In this document: positions 30,909 through 40,731 of the stretch, in pieces
Layout of the letters: each line of letters opens with the position of its first letter
How positions within the stretch are numbered: the first letter of the stretch is position 1
Assembly: GCA_963744145.1 (NCBI GenBank)
Contig: CAVUSO010000001.1
Coordinates: forward strand, 192,001-256,000
Source of the DNA: an uncultured cyanobacterium
GTDB lineage: Bacteria; Cyanobacteriota; Cyanobacteriia; Cyanobacteriales; CAWUOF01
DNA: 64,000 nucleotides
Direction: 5' to 3'
Made by a program: the position numbers and the translations under genes
The notes under the pieces: model-generated
The model's database searches: none
What the model was told of the DNA's origin: nothing
The model's input: only the letters and a program-made list of their open reading frames with translations

Positions 30909-31296
30909 AGATCACAGCAATACACTCAATTTCGACTAAGACATCTTTAGGTAAACGAGAGACCTCAACTGTAGCGCGAGCTGGAGCAGTATCAGCATCA
31001 AAAGATTGAGCATAAACTGCATTCATCGCAGCAAAATTATTCATATTAGAGAGAAAAACAGTAGTTTTTACCACATTAGCAAAAGTCGCACCACCTGCTT
31101 GGAGAATAGCAGCTAGATTTGCCATTACTTGTTTGGTCTGTTGAGTAATATCCTGGGGAGCGACAATTTCATTACTACTTGGATCAAGGGGAATTTGACC
31201 CGACACAAAAATCATTGTCCCGGTAGTAGCGATCGCTTGACTATAGGGTCCAACTGGTGCTGGTGCTTGTTCGGTATGAATTACGGTTCTGGTCAT
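30907..31296 (-). CDS. ridA: RidA-family deaminase
   Basis: GPYSQA, SGQIP, PARATV, VEIECIA. Confidence 0.92.
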   Translation of the reverse strand: MTRTVIHTEQAPAPVGPYSQAIATTGTMIFVSGQIPLDPSSNEIVAPQDITQQTKQVMANLAAILQAGGATFANVVKTTVFLSNMNNFAAMNAVYAQSFDADTAPARATVEVSRLPKDVLVEIECIAVI

Positions 31297-31343
31297 TTTA
31301 GTGAAACCTGGTTTGGGAACGATCTGATCATAGAAAACATCGA

Positions 31344-31775
31344 TTAAAACAAACGGGGTCGGCTCCCATAATGACGATAATGCCAGTAATCCCGTATAAT
31401 CTGATCATGGTCAAAGCATAAATTTCCTGGGATCTGCCAAGGCTCAAAAATCTCTAATCCTTTAGCATCATCATCTGCATGGGGGTTTCCCTGGGCTGTA
31501 GCAATAAACACAATACTAATAGTATGTTGACGCTGATCGCGATTTGGATCAGAATAAACATGAAATTGCTCAATTAGCGTTACTTCCACCCCAGTTTCTT
31601 CCAGAGCTTCACGTTTTGCTGCTGCTTCCACCGATTCTCCATAATCAACAAAACCACCAGGAATTGCCCAACCTAATGGTTCGTGACGACGCTCGATCAG
31701 GATAATTGGTCGATGAGGTCGATCAATCATTTCAATGATAATATCAACAGTAGGAGCAGGATTACGGTAGGTCAT
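31344..31775 (-). CDS. NUDIX hydrolase
   Basis: [24 protein letters not shown]udix box. Confidence 0.93.
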   Translation of the reverse strand: MTYRNPAPTVDIIIEMIDRPHRPIILIERRHEPLGWAIPGGFVDYGESVEAAAKREALEETGVEVTLIEQFHVYSDPNRDQRQHTISIVFIATAQGNPHADDDAKGLEIFEPWQIPGNLCFDHDQIIRDYWHYRHYGSRPRLF

Positions 31776-31880
31776 ATTGATCGGAGATATTCAGATAGCA
31801 ACGCTGATATTTTGACAGAATTTAAGTAAAATTTTTCAAATTAATTTCAGCAGGAATAGCTAAAATTAGGTTTAGGAGGT

Positions 31881-32390
31881 ATGGTGATGGGGTTCAAAAA
31901 AATTTTAGTCGCGATCGACAGATCTCAACTAGCACCGATCGTATTTGAACAAGCAATAGAGCAATGTCGAAAAGCCGGATCAAAGTTAATGGTGTTTCAC
32001 TGTTTAAATTTGGAAATATCGGGAAATGCTAGTCCTTTAATGGATACTGGTGTAGGGTTAGATCCAGTTAGAGGAATGAACTTACAACGGATTCAACAAG
32101 ACATGATCCACCAAGAAATTGATAAGGTAACGACTGCTTTAGAAGTTTATCGTCAACTTGGCAAAGAACAGGGAATTAATACAGAATCAGATTATAAGAT
32201 TGGTGAACCAGGAGTGTGGATTTGTGATGTGTCTCGGAATTGGGGGGCAGATTTAATTGTCCTTGGTCGTCGTGGACGTCAGGTTTTAGCAGAAATTTTT
32301 CTGGGTAGTGTTAGTAATTATGTGGTTCATCATGCTCCTTGCTCAGTTTTAGTGGTCCAAGGATTCACCCCACCCATGGAAAATCGATAA
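31881..32390 (+). CDS. Universal stress protein
   Basis: KILVAID, DLIVLGRRG, LGSVSNYVVHHAPCSVLVV. Confidence 0.93.
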   Translation: MVMGFKKILVAIDRSQLAPIVFEQAIEQCRKAGSKLMVFHCLNLEISGNASPLMDTGVGLDPVRGMNLQRIQQDMIHQEIDKVTTALEVYRQLGKEQGINTESDYKIGEPGVWICDVSRNWGADLIVLGRRGRQVLAEIFLGSVSNYVVHHAPCSVLVVQGFTPPMENR

Positions 32391-32415
32391 TTAAGCATAA
32401 TAGAAAGGTAAAATT

Positions 32416-33303
32416 ATGGCTCATCTCAACCAACGTCGTCCCCAAAATATCTCCGGAGATTTTTATGTAGATTCTACTTGTATTGATTGTGATACTTGTC
32501 GTTGGATGTCACCGAACGTATTTGAGCGTCGAGATCAACAATCTGCTGTTTATCACCAACCAACAGACCAGACAGAACGACTAGGAGCTATGCAAGCTTT
32601 ATTATCTTGTCCCACAGCTTCCATTGGGACTGTAGAAAAACCACAGGATATTCGGGATATTCAGCAAAGTTTTCCAATTTTAGTCGCTGAAAATGTTTAT
32701 CACTGTGGTTATCATGCCGAAAATTCCTATGGAGCTGCTAGTTATTTAATTGTGCGATCGTCTGGTAATATTCTGGTGGATTCACCTCGATTTGCACCAC
32801 CATTAGTTAAACGTTTAGAAGCATTGGGTGAGATTCGTTATATGTATCTTACCCATAAAGATGATGTGGCTGATCATGCCAAATTTCACCAACATTTCCA
32901 TTGCGATCGCATTCTGCACCAAGATGACCTTAATGATCAAACTCGCGATGTAGAAATTCAACTTTCTGGTGAAGAGCCAGTCGAGCTAGACCAAGATTTG
33001 TTAATTATCCCTGTTCCCGGTCATACCAAAGGACACACAGTTTTACTGTACCAGAATAAATTTTTATTTACTGGTGATCATCTAGCTTGGTCTGGGGTCA
33101 ACCATCCTGACTTAAAACAGTTAATTGCGTTTCCGCGGGTTTGTTGGTATTCCTGGACAGCACAAATAAAATCAATGCAAAAATTAGCTAGCTACTCCTT
33201 TGAATGGGTATTACCTGGTCATGGTCGTCGTTATCATAGCGATCGAGAAACGATGAAAGCACAAATGGAAAAGTGTATTACTTGGATGGAAAGCATTAGC
33301 TGA
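32416..33303 (+). CDS. Ferredoxin-fused MBL-fold metallohydrolase
   Basis: CIDCDTC...CP, THKDD, PGHTKG, TGDH. Confidence 0.88.
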   Translation: MAHLNQRRPQNISGDFYVDSTCIDCDTCRWMSPNVFERRDQQSAVYHQPTDQTERLGAMQALLSCPTASIGTVEKPQDIRDIQQSFPILVAENVYHCGYHAENSYGAASYLIVRSSGNILVDSPRFAPPLVKRLEALGEIRYMYLTHKDDVADHAKFHQHFHCDRILHQDDLNDQTRDVEIQLSGEEPVELDQDLLIIPVPGHTKGHTVLLYQNKFLFTGDHLAWSGVNHPDLKQLIAFPRVCWYSWTAQIKSMQKLASYSFEWVLPGHGRRYHSDRETMKAQMEKCITWMESIS

Positions 33304-33318
33304 GGCTCATAACTAACA

Positions 33319-33849
33319 TCAAATATTGTTGGCACTCGGTGGACCATCTCTAACTTCCAGAACTTCCGATGCTGGTTTACCCAAAATTCTGGCAATTGGA
33401 TCAATTAAGATATCATCAATTGGCTTGCCTTGATAAATATTTCTTAAGTCTGGCAAAGACAATCGATAGGAATCGCAAAATCTAGCAAATTCTTTATCAC
33501 TGACATCTAATTCTTCTTGTCGATCTCGGAGCAAGTAAGCGATCGCAAAAGATCCGTATTTGGGACGTTGCCCCATGGCCAGATATTTTTTCATCACCTG
33601 CTCGATTTGTTTTGGATCACCCCCTGTTCGTTTAATGACATCAAGACAAGCAACTCTTAATGCTTTGCGTAATTTGTCTTCTTCATTCAGAATGCCTACA
33701 ATTTTTTCGGCATATTCGGCATAGCAAAATCCCACAACCCCGCCATTATAGGTTACAGGAACCAGAGATTTAGTTTGGTTAAACTGCCAAGGTAAAGGCT
33801 GACTTGGTGGTATTGCCATTGCAGCACCTCCTCTAAAACTTATATTCAC
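33319..33849 (-). CDS. Hypothetical protein, possible C-terminal HTH-like region
   Basis: ORF with GAGG RBS before MAIPP; no family recognised. Confidence 0.6.
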   Translation of the reverse strand: MNISFRGGAAMAIPPSQPLPWQFNQTKSLVPVTYNGGVVGFCYAEYAEKIVGILNEEDKLRKALRVACLDVIKRTGGDPKQIEQVMKKYLAMGQRPKYGSFAIAYLLRDRQEELDVSDKEFARFCDSYRLSLPDLRNIYQGKPIDDILIDPIARILGKPASEVLEVRDGPPSANNI

Positions 33850-33927
33850 TACAGGCTTAAATGCTTGTAAGGTATAATAATATCAGTCTGGGGAAACATC
33901 TGAAAAAAGATATTTACGATTATGGGG

Positions 33928-34296
33928 TTAGGGAGTAATTATCCGTCCCCTGGTCAATTCCACCGTGATTTTGCCGCTATATCCGGGAATAGGTGGGGCT
34001 AATTTCGTGAGTCGGACTTGCACTTGATCGATTTGTGCTGATTGCAGGACAAGTTCGGCGATCGCAGTAGCTAGTTTTTCGATTAAGGCAAATTTACTAT
34101 TTTCGATTAAATCGCGCACTATGGTAATTGTCTGACGATAATCAACGGTATCTTCAAGGAGATCGCTGCTTCCAGCTCCAGATAAGTCTAACCATAAAGT
34201 CAAATCCACTTCAAACCACTGACCCAATACTTGCTCTTCTGGTAAATGACCTGTATAACCATAACCACGAATCCCAGTCAGTTGCATTGCATCCAT
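33928..34296 (-). CDS. folB: Dihydroneopterin aldolase
   Basis: GHLPEEQVLGQWFEVD, SDLLEDTVDY, LIEKLA. Confidence 0.93.
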   Translation of the reverse strand: MDAMQLTGIRGYGYTGHLPEEQVLGQWFEVDLTLWLDLSGAGSSDLLEDTVDYRQTITIVRDLIENSKFALIEKLATAIAELVLQSAQIDQVQVRLTKLAPPIPGYSGKITVELTRGRIITP

Positions 34297-34334
34297 AAAT
34301 CACTCCCATTAAACATAAATATATTAATTGGAAA

Positions 34335-35447
34335 ATGTCAGATAAAATGAGTAAAGTTGTAATTATTGGTTGTGGAATTATTGGTGCAGCGATCGCTTAT
34401 GAACTTAGTCAAGTATCAGGACTTGAAATTACAGTGATTGATCAACAACAACCCGGACAAGCTGCTACTGCTGCTGCTCTTGGGGTATTAATGAGTAATC
34501 TGAGTTCTAAAACTAAGGGAAAATCTTGGCAATTACGTCAAATTAGTCTGCAACGTTATGAAACTCTGATTCCAGAATTAGAAAATCTCACCAAGCTGAA
34601 AATTCCTTTTAATCGTCACGGAATTCTGATGTTGGGTTGTCTGGAAGAAGAGTTGGTTTCCTGTGAAAGGTTAGTGCGGATTCGTCATTTCCAAGGGTTG
34701 CAATTAGAATTTTGGGATCAAACCCGAGTTGAGTCTCAATGTCCTCATCTTCATCTTGAACAAGTGATCACTGCTGTTTATTCTCCCCAAGATCGACAAG
34801 TAGAACCTTTAGCTCTTACCCAAGCTTTGATTGCAGCTGCTAAACTTCATGGTGTTAATTTTAAGTTTGGAGTTAAGGTGATCGACGCAGACTATATTAA
34901 TGAAACAGCATCTTCCCGTCGATGTCAATCTATTCATACTACTGAAGGATCGCTCCAGGTTGATTGGTTAGCGATCGCTGCTGGTAATGGTTCAACTCCC
35001 TTAACTGTTGCTCTCAACCAACCAGTAGACATTAGACCAGTTTTAGGTCAAGCTTTGCACTTGCGTTTACCCCAACCTTTAGGACATCCAGATTTCCAAC
35101 CAATTATTACGATTAATGATACTTATATTGTACCCCTAGGTCAAGGTGATTATTGGGTAGGTGCGACCTTAGAGTTTCCCGATGGTAAAGATGATCTTGT
35201 TGCTGTCCCCGCAGCATTAACTACATTAAAAGAACGCGCTATCTCTTTTTGTCCTGGATTAGCTGAAGCTACAGTGATTAGCACTTGGTCTGGTTTACGT
35301 CCACGTCCTGAAGAACGGGGAGCACCAATTATTGAATATTTACCTAATTATAGTAATGTAGTTCTCGCTACAGGTCATTATCGCAATGGGGTATTACTTG
35401 CTCCAGCTACAGCGATCGCGGTCCGACAGATGATTAGCAAAAATTGA
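34335..35447 (+). CDS. FAD-dependent oxidoreductase (DAO/glycine oxidase-like)
   Basis: GCGIIG, WSGLRP, GHYRNGVLLAP. Confidence 0.88.
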   Translation: MSDKMSKVVIIGCGIIGAAIAYELSQVSGLEITVIDQQQPGQAATAAALGVLMSNLSSKTKGKSWQLRQISLQRYETLIPELENLTKLKIPFNRHGILMLGCLEEELVSCERLVRIRHFQGLQLEFWDQTRVESQCPHLHLEQVITAVYSPQDRQVEPLALTQALIAAAKLHGVNFKFGVKVIDADYINETASSRRCQSIHTTEGSLQVDWLAIAAGNGSTPLTVALNQPVDIRPVLGQALHLRLPQPLGHPDFQPIITINDTYIVPLGQGDYWVGATLEFPDGKDDLVAVPAALTTLKERAISFCPGLAEATVISTWSGLRPRPEERGAPIIEYLPNYSNVVLATGHYRNGVLLAPATAIAVRQMISKN

Positions 35448-35463
35448 TGACTATTTCCTTAAG

Positions 35464-37035
35464 TCATTTATGGATGATTTTTTGGTTACCATATATAGCT
35501 ATAGCTTGTCCAGGTGGTACTTCTAGATTACTGAAACCATTTGCTGACACTGTGATCATATTACCAGTACAATTTTGACCATCTTTAGTTAATTCGCCCG
35601 TAATAATATTACAATATAGTCCTGGTGACAATCCAGTTTGTAATCTATGTTTTAAAGCAAAATTCTCTTTATTAAGAGCGACAAAACCTTGATTACCTCG
35701 ACTAAAAGCAATTTGATTATTACCGTTACTCCACCAGTTAGAAATATAAAAATCTGTGGCTGTATAATTGCGAAATTCTACCATATTAGCGATCGCCGTT
35801 TGTCGATGTTCACAAATCCATCTCGAAAAGCAATTCCGACTATTATTTTTGTCCCTTCGACTACGCTCAGGGTAAACGTAAATATCCAGAGTGTTACCAA
35901 AAAAATCCGCCGGAGGTCCTTGATCACGCTCTTTAAAATCATAACTAGACATAATTTGCGGATATCCATAGGGCCAAGCTAACATAAAAATATTAGCTAG
36001 TGTATATAGTTGACCGTCTTTATAAGTAAGCACATGATGACTGACCCGATCTGCACGTTGGTTATCGTGGTTATCAACAAAGACGATCGCTTTTTGGCTA
36101 GGAATAAATCCATTAGTTAAGCCAAATTTCTTTAAAGATGCTAGTTGACTATATCGGAAAATATCGCTTAATTGTACACTATATTTAAATTCAGTTACAC
36201 TACCATTAGGAAAATATTCGGAAGCTTTGATCGGCTCATTACCATGATCAATTACTTCTTGATAAATAAAAGCTGGGTGATGCAGGAGCCGAAAAATAGC
36301 TTGGAGATCATTACTAGCAATATGTTTAGCCGCATCAATCCGAAATCCAGCTACTCCCAAGGTTAATAAATCATTCAGATAATCAGCTAAACGCGATCGC
36401 ACATATTCAGAGCTAGTATCAAGATCGGCTAAATGCACCAATTGACAATTTTGCACTTCCCAACGGTCTTGATAATTTTGGATATCATCATTACCATGAC
36501 GATGACAATGATGGAAATCTTTAAATGAATAAATTCCCGGATATTCATAACGACCAAACCAAGAACCAGCAAAGCCAATCTCAGTTTGTCCAGGTTCTAA
36601 AACTCCCGTAGTATGATTAAGCACCGCATCAACATAAATATCAACTCCTACTGCTTTACAGCGTTTTACCATATCCACAAATTCGGCGCGATTTCCACTA
36701 CGACTTGCAATTTTATAACTTACAGTTTGATAACGTTCATACCAAGGATTACCTATAATAACTCGATGTTCATTTACTGGTGAAACTTGAACTGCGGCAA
36801 ATCCTTTCGGACCAAGAAAATTCTCACATTCCCGGGCGATATCTGTCCATTTCCATTCAAATAAATGCACAAAAACTGTACGGTTTTTTTTAATTACTTG
36901 ATCAGACTTAACAGTTTCAGCAATACTAGATTGATCGGAAGCATGCTGTAAAGTTTGGTTGAAATAATTTTTGTCATAACTAAATATTACCAGTAAAAAA
37001 CTGGCCATAACCATCAAGAATATTTTTTTCCCCAT
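35464..37035 (-). CDS. Secreted GH13 alpha-amylase (actinomycete/animal-like type)
   Basis: Signal peptide; VHLFEW, GFRIDAAKH, YQEVID, FVDNHD, WICEHR. Confidence 0.92.
   Translation of the reverse strand: MGKKIFLMVMASFLLVIFSYDKNYFNQTLQHASDQSSIAETVKSDQVIKKNRTVFVHLFEWKWTDIARECENFLGPKGFAAVQVSPVNEHRVIIGNPWYERYQTVSYKIASRSGNRAEFVDMVKRCKAVGVDIYVDAVLNHTTGVLEPGQTEIGFAGSWFGRYEYPGIYSFKDFHHCHRHGNDDIQNYQDRWEVQNCQLVHLADLDTSSEYVRSRLADYLNDLLTLGVAGFRIDAAKHIASNDLQAIFRLLHHPAFIYQEVIDHGNEPIKASEYFPNGSVTEFKYSVQLSDIFRYSQLASLKKFGLTNGFIPSQKAIVFVDNHDNQRADRVSHHVLTYKDGQLYTLANIFMLAWPYGYPQIMSSYDFKERDQGPPADFFGNTLDIYVYPERSRRDKNNSRNCFSRWICEHRQTAIANMVEFRNYTATDFYISNWWSNGNNQIAFSRGNQGFVALNKENFALKHRLQTGLSPGLYCNIITGELTKDGQNCTGNMITVSANGFSNLEVPPGQAIAIYGNQKIIHK
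35853..35876. repeat. 24-nt short dispersed repeat inside the amylase ORF
   Basis: CCCTTCGACTACGCTCAGGGTAAA, identical to 59695..59718. Confidence 0.9.
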
Positions 37036-37322
37036 ATTTAATCAGCTATTTCTCATGATAGTGTCAAAATTCGATACAACTTAGACCCTTAATTTTCCGG
37101 AATAGCTTTTTAGCCTTGAATATCGGCTCTAAATAATTATGGTTAGCAATAATATATTTTTTTCTCAGTCGAAATAAATAGTATTTTTATCTGAAAATCT
37201 AGTTATGCTTGACTCAAACAGTTAAACAGAATAAATCTTAAGCTTTTTTTCATAAATAATAGCTCAGGTAAAAAGTAACATGGGGATGTTGATCAGTTCT
37301 TGATTATTAGGAGAAAATTAGG

Positions 37323-37742
37323 ATGCCTACGCTGATTACAACAACCTTGCCCGGTTTGGGAATAGGATATGTTTGCAAAGTAGGTTATATGGCTTCCCCA
37401 GGAGCTAATTATGCTTTATTAGAACTGAAAACGGGTAATGATATTGGGTTAAGTGCATCTGCTCGTTTTAGTGAAGGTACTGTTGTCCTTAATTCTTACA
37501 TTAATGGAAATTGGGGCAAAGAAGAAAGACCGACTGGGTTTCCCTTAGTAATCGGACAACAATTATCTGTAATTGTGATTGTTCTACCAACCGAATTTGA
37601 AATTCAAGCGGTTCAGGAAGGTACAGAAAATCAACCCTGGGTATATAAATATCAGCATCGTTTACCAGCCAGCTTTGATGTAGTTAACTTTACTGCTGAA
37701 AATGTTACTATGAAAGATTTTTTTGTAACCAAAGCGTTTTAG
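37323..37742 (+). CDS. Galectin-like carbohydrate-recognition domain protein
   Basis: GND..S.S.RF...VVLNS...GNWGKEER...FP...G...Y.HRLP matches the galectin CRD pattern; GGAG RBS upstream. Confidence 0.8.
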   Translation: MPTLITTTLPGLGIGYVCKVGYMASPGANYALLELKTGNDIGLSASARFSEGTVVLNSYINGNWGKEERPTGFPLVIGQQLSVIVIVLPTEFEIQAVQEGTENQPWVYKYQHRLPASFDVVNFTAENVTMKDFFVTKAF

Positions 37743-37896
37743 TAGATTTAAGCTAAGAGCGCGATTACTATAGTTTCTTATAGCGATCGCGCTGTAAAAA
37801 TGAAAAAGTGAGTTAATTTTATTGGCTGAGAAAATAGCTATTTTAATATAATTAAACGCTTTCAAATTATCTAGAAGCAAATTCAACTTTTTAGGT

Positions 37897-38106
37897 TTAT
37901 AAAAGTTCTTCTAGAAAGAGAACAAGTTGATGAGCTAGACTCTGAGAATCATAGTTAATATCTACGTTGGGTTCTAATTCAGAAACCGGCTTTATCCCTT
38001 CTTCTTTAGCTAATTCACTAACTAAAAATTGGATCACCCGGAGCTTATCAGCATGGGATAATTGGCGCAGTTCGGCAAGTAATTCGTCAATTTGCATAGC
38101 AGGCAA
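37897..38106 (-). CDS. Small hypothetical protein
   Basis: LRQLSHADKLRVIQFLVSELAKEE helical ORF of a type common in cyanobacteria. Confidence 0.6.
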   Translation of the reverse strand: MPAMQIDELLAELRQLSHADKLRVIQFLVSELAKEEGIKPVSELEPNVDINYDSQSLAHQLVLFLEELL

Positions 38107-38229
38107 TTAGATTTAGCATCCCCATTCTAGCACTTGCCAGCTTTTTTGCTATCAAAGCTAAATTACCTGCATCATCCTCAAAAGCATTATCAAAATTGTT
38201 GTCCGATCGCTAAAACACCATCATCAAAC

Positions 38230-38259
38230 AAAAAAAACAGCCATCTGGATGGATGGCTG
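38230..38259 (-). terminator. glnA intrinsic terminator
   Basis: CAGCCATC/GATGGCTG stem followed by a T run on the minus strand. Confidence 0.7.
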
Positions 38260-38287
38260 CTTGAGTTAACTCATTAAATTGTCAAAA

Positions 38288-39706
38288 TTAGACATCATAA
38301 TAGAGAGCAAACTCATAAGGGTGAGGACGAAGCCGCATGGGGTTAACTTCATTATCGAGTTTGTATTTAATCCAAGTATCTAAAAAGTCGTTGGTAAATA
38401 CTCCAGGAGCTATTAAAAACTCATGGTCTTTTTCTAATGCTGCGAGTGCCCCTTCCAGAGAACCAGGAGTTGAAGGAACATTCTTCAATTCTTCTGGGCT
38501 GAGATCATAAATATCCTTATCCAGTGGTTCACCTGGGTCAATTTGATTTTTGATTCCATCAATTCCAGCACATAACATGGCTGCAAAAGCGAGGTAAGGG
38601 TTACAGGTAGCATCAGGACACCGGAACTCTAACCGTTTAGCTTTGGGATTATCACCAGAGAGGGGAATCCGAATTGATGCGGAACGATTACCTTGAGAAT
38701 AGGCTAAGTTTACCGGAGCTTCAAACCCGGGAACTAAGCGTTTGTAAGAATTGGTAGTGGGATTGGTAATTGCTAACAGGGCTGGTGCGTGCTTGAGTAA
38801 ACCACCAATATAGTATAGCGCCATTTGGCTCAGTTTCGCATACTTATCGCCAGCAAACAGAGGTACACCACCTTTCCAGATGGATTGGTGAGTGTGCATC
38901 CCGGAACCATTGTCATTAAACAGTGGTTTTGGCATAAAAGTAACAGTTTTACCGTATTTTTTAGCCACATTTTTAATGACGTATTTATAAGTCATCAAAT
39001 AGTCTGCTGCTTGAACTAAGGGTGCAAACCGAAAACCAAGTTCATTTTGACCACCTGTTGCTACTTCATGGTGATGCTTTTCAATGGGTACTCCACACTC
39101 TGCCATTGTCAGCAACATTTCCGTCCGGATATCTTGCATGGTATCTGTGGGAGCTACAGGGAAGTAACCTTCTTTGTAGCGAGGTTTGTAACCTAGGTTC
39201 GGACCTTCTTCTTTACCAGAGTTCCAACGTCCTTCAACTGTATCGACGTAATAAAAACCTTTATTTTCGCTTTGGTCAAATCGGACATCATCAAATATAA
39301 AAAACTCTGCTTCTGGGCCAATAAATGCCATATCGCCCAGACCAGTGCTAATTAAGTAATCGAGAGCTTTTTTCGCAATTGTCCGAGGGTCACGACTGTA
39401 CCATTCCCCTGTCCTTGGTTCTTTGATGCTACAGATTAGGCTCAAAGTCGGTTCTTTCATAAATGGGTCGATCCAGGCAGTCGTCGGATCGGGCACCATG
39501 GACATATCGGATTCGTTGATCGCTTTCCAACCGCGAATACTAGATCCGTCAAAGGGTACACCCTCAGTAAAGGAACTAGCATCAATTTGATTTTGGTAAA
39601 ATGAACAGTGTTGCCAAATTCCTGGCATATCGATGAATTTGAGATCGACAATCTTGATCCCTTTTTCTTGGATTAGATTTAAAACTTCTTGGGCTGTTTC
39701 AGGCAT
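38288..39706 (-). CDS. glnA: Glutamine synthetase type I
   Basis: [37 protein letters not shown]. Confidence 0.99.
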   Translation of the reverse strand: MPETAQEVLNLIQEKGIKIVDLKFIDMPGIWQHCSFYQNQIDASSFTEGVPFDGSSIRGWKAINESDMSMVPDPTTAWIDPFMKEPTLSLICSIKEPRTGEWYSRDPRTIAKKALDYLISTGLGDMAFIGPEAEFFIFDDVRFDQSENKGFYYVDTVEGRWNSGKEEGPNLGYKPRYKEGYFPVAPTDTMQDIRTEMLLTMAECGVPIEKHHHEVATGGQNELGFRFAPLVQAADYLMTYKYVIKNVAKKYGKTVTFMPKPLFNDNGSGMHTHQSIWKGGVPLFAGDKYAKLSQMALYYIGGLLKHAPALLAITNPTTNSYKRLVPGFEAPVNLAYSQGNRSASIRIPLSGDNPKAKRLEFRCPDATCNPYLAFAAMLCAGIDGIKNQIDPGEPLDKDIYDLSPEELKNVPSTPGSLEGALAALEKDHEFLIAPGVFTNDFLDTWIKYKLDNEVNPMRLRPHPYEFALYYDV

Positions 39707-39835
39707 GACTTACTCCTTACTGGTAACATTGTTCCGCCAATGGAACAAAAAATGATTTGCTCATCCTAATTAGCTATGGCAAACCTCGCGATCGCTTGTT
39801 TCCCTCTTTTCAAAGGACAAGTTGACGCCAAAATC

Positions 39836-39877
39836 ATCCTAGATATAGGTCTCTGGATATTTTGTATTATTTGTTAC
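39836..39877 (-). promoter_or_regulatory. NtcA-activated glnA promoter
   Basis: Minus strand GTA-ACAAATAA-TAC (39877..39864), then 22 nt, then TAGGAT -10 box (39841..39836): canonical spacing. Confidence 0.9.
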
Positions 39878-40137
39878 AAATATTTAGAGGATATCTGAGT
39901 AATCCTAGGGAAATCTGAATTCAATCTGACTAGAAAACATCTACCAAAGATGAAAAACTGGATCAAATTTAACTAAATCTGGGACTGATGACCTGATTTT
40001 TTGGCCAATCTTTTGCTTGAAGAATTAATAAGTGTGTTAATTGATCCCAGGCATTAGTGTAGACTATAAGCGGCTATTCATCCCAAAACCCAGGTGGCGG
40101 GACTCAATTTTGCCAAAATTGTTGGGAGAAAAATTCA

Positions 40138-40647
40138 ATGCGGGACGCAGTTACCAGCCTAATTTCAAATTACGATATTACTGGTCGATATCTAGACCGG
40201 GATGCCATTGATTCGTTGAAATCCTATTTTGACACCGGATTAGCCAGAGTCAGCGCTGCTGCGGTGATTAATGCTAGTGCCACCGATATAGTCAAACAAG
40301 CAGGAACACAGTTATTTGCTGATGTCCCAGAATTGATTCGTCCAGGTGGAAATGCTTATACCACTCGGCGCTATGCTGCTTGTTTGCGGGATATGGATTA
40401 TTATTTGCGCTATGCCACTTATGCGTTGGTCGCTGGTAGTACAGATGTACTAGATGAGCGGGTACTTCAAGGTTTACGGGAAACTTACAACTCTTTAAGT
40501 GTGCCAATTGGACCGACGGTAATGGGTATTCAACTCCTCAAGGACATTGTGAAAGGAAAAGTAGCAGCTGCCAATATTCCCACTGGTGAATATTTAGATC
40601 AGCCCTTTGACTATTTAACTCGTGAGTTGAGCGAACAGGATATCTAG
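40138..40647 (+). CDS. apcF: Allophycocyanin beta-18 subunit
   Basis: MRDAVT, RPGGNAYTTRRYAACLRD; divergent from glnA. Confidence 0.95.
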   Translation: MRDAVTSLISNYDITGRYLDRDAIDSLKSYFDTGLARVSAAAVINASATDIVKQAGTQLFADVPELIRPGGNAYTTRRYAACLRDMDYYLRYATYALVAGSTDVLDERVLQGLRETYNSLSVPIGPTVMGIQLLKDIVKGKVAAANIPTGEYLDQPFDYLTRELSEQDI

Positions 40648-40731
40648 TCTCCAGTCTACCTAAACTAATAGCGATCGCGCTCCTTCAAGGTAATCGTGAT
40701 CGCTTTGTGTTTTTTTAGCAAGATTTAACAA

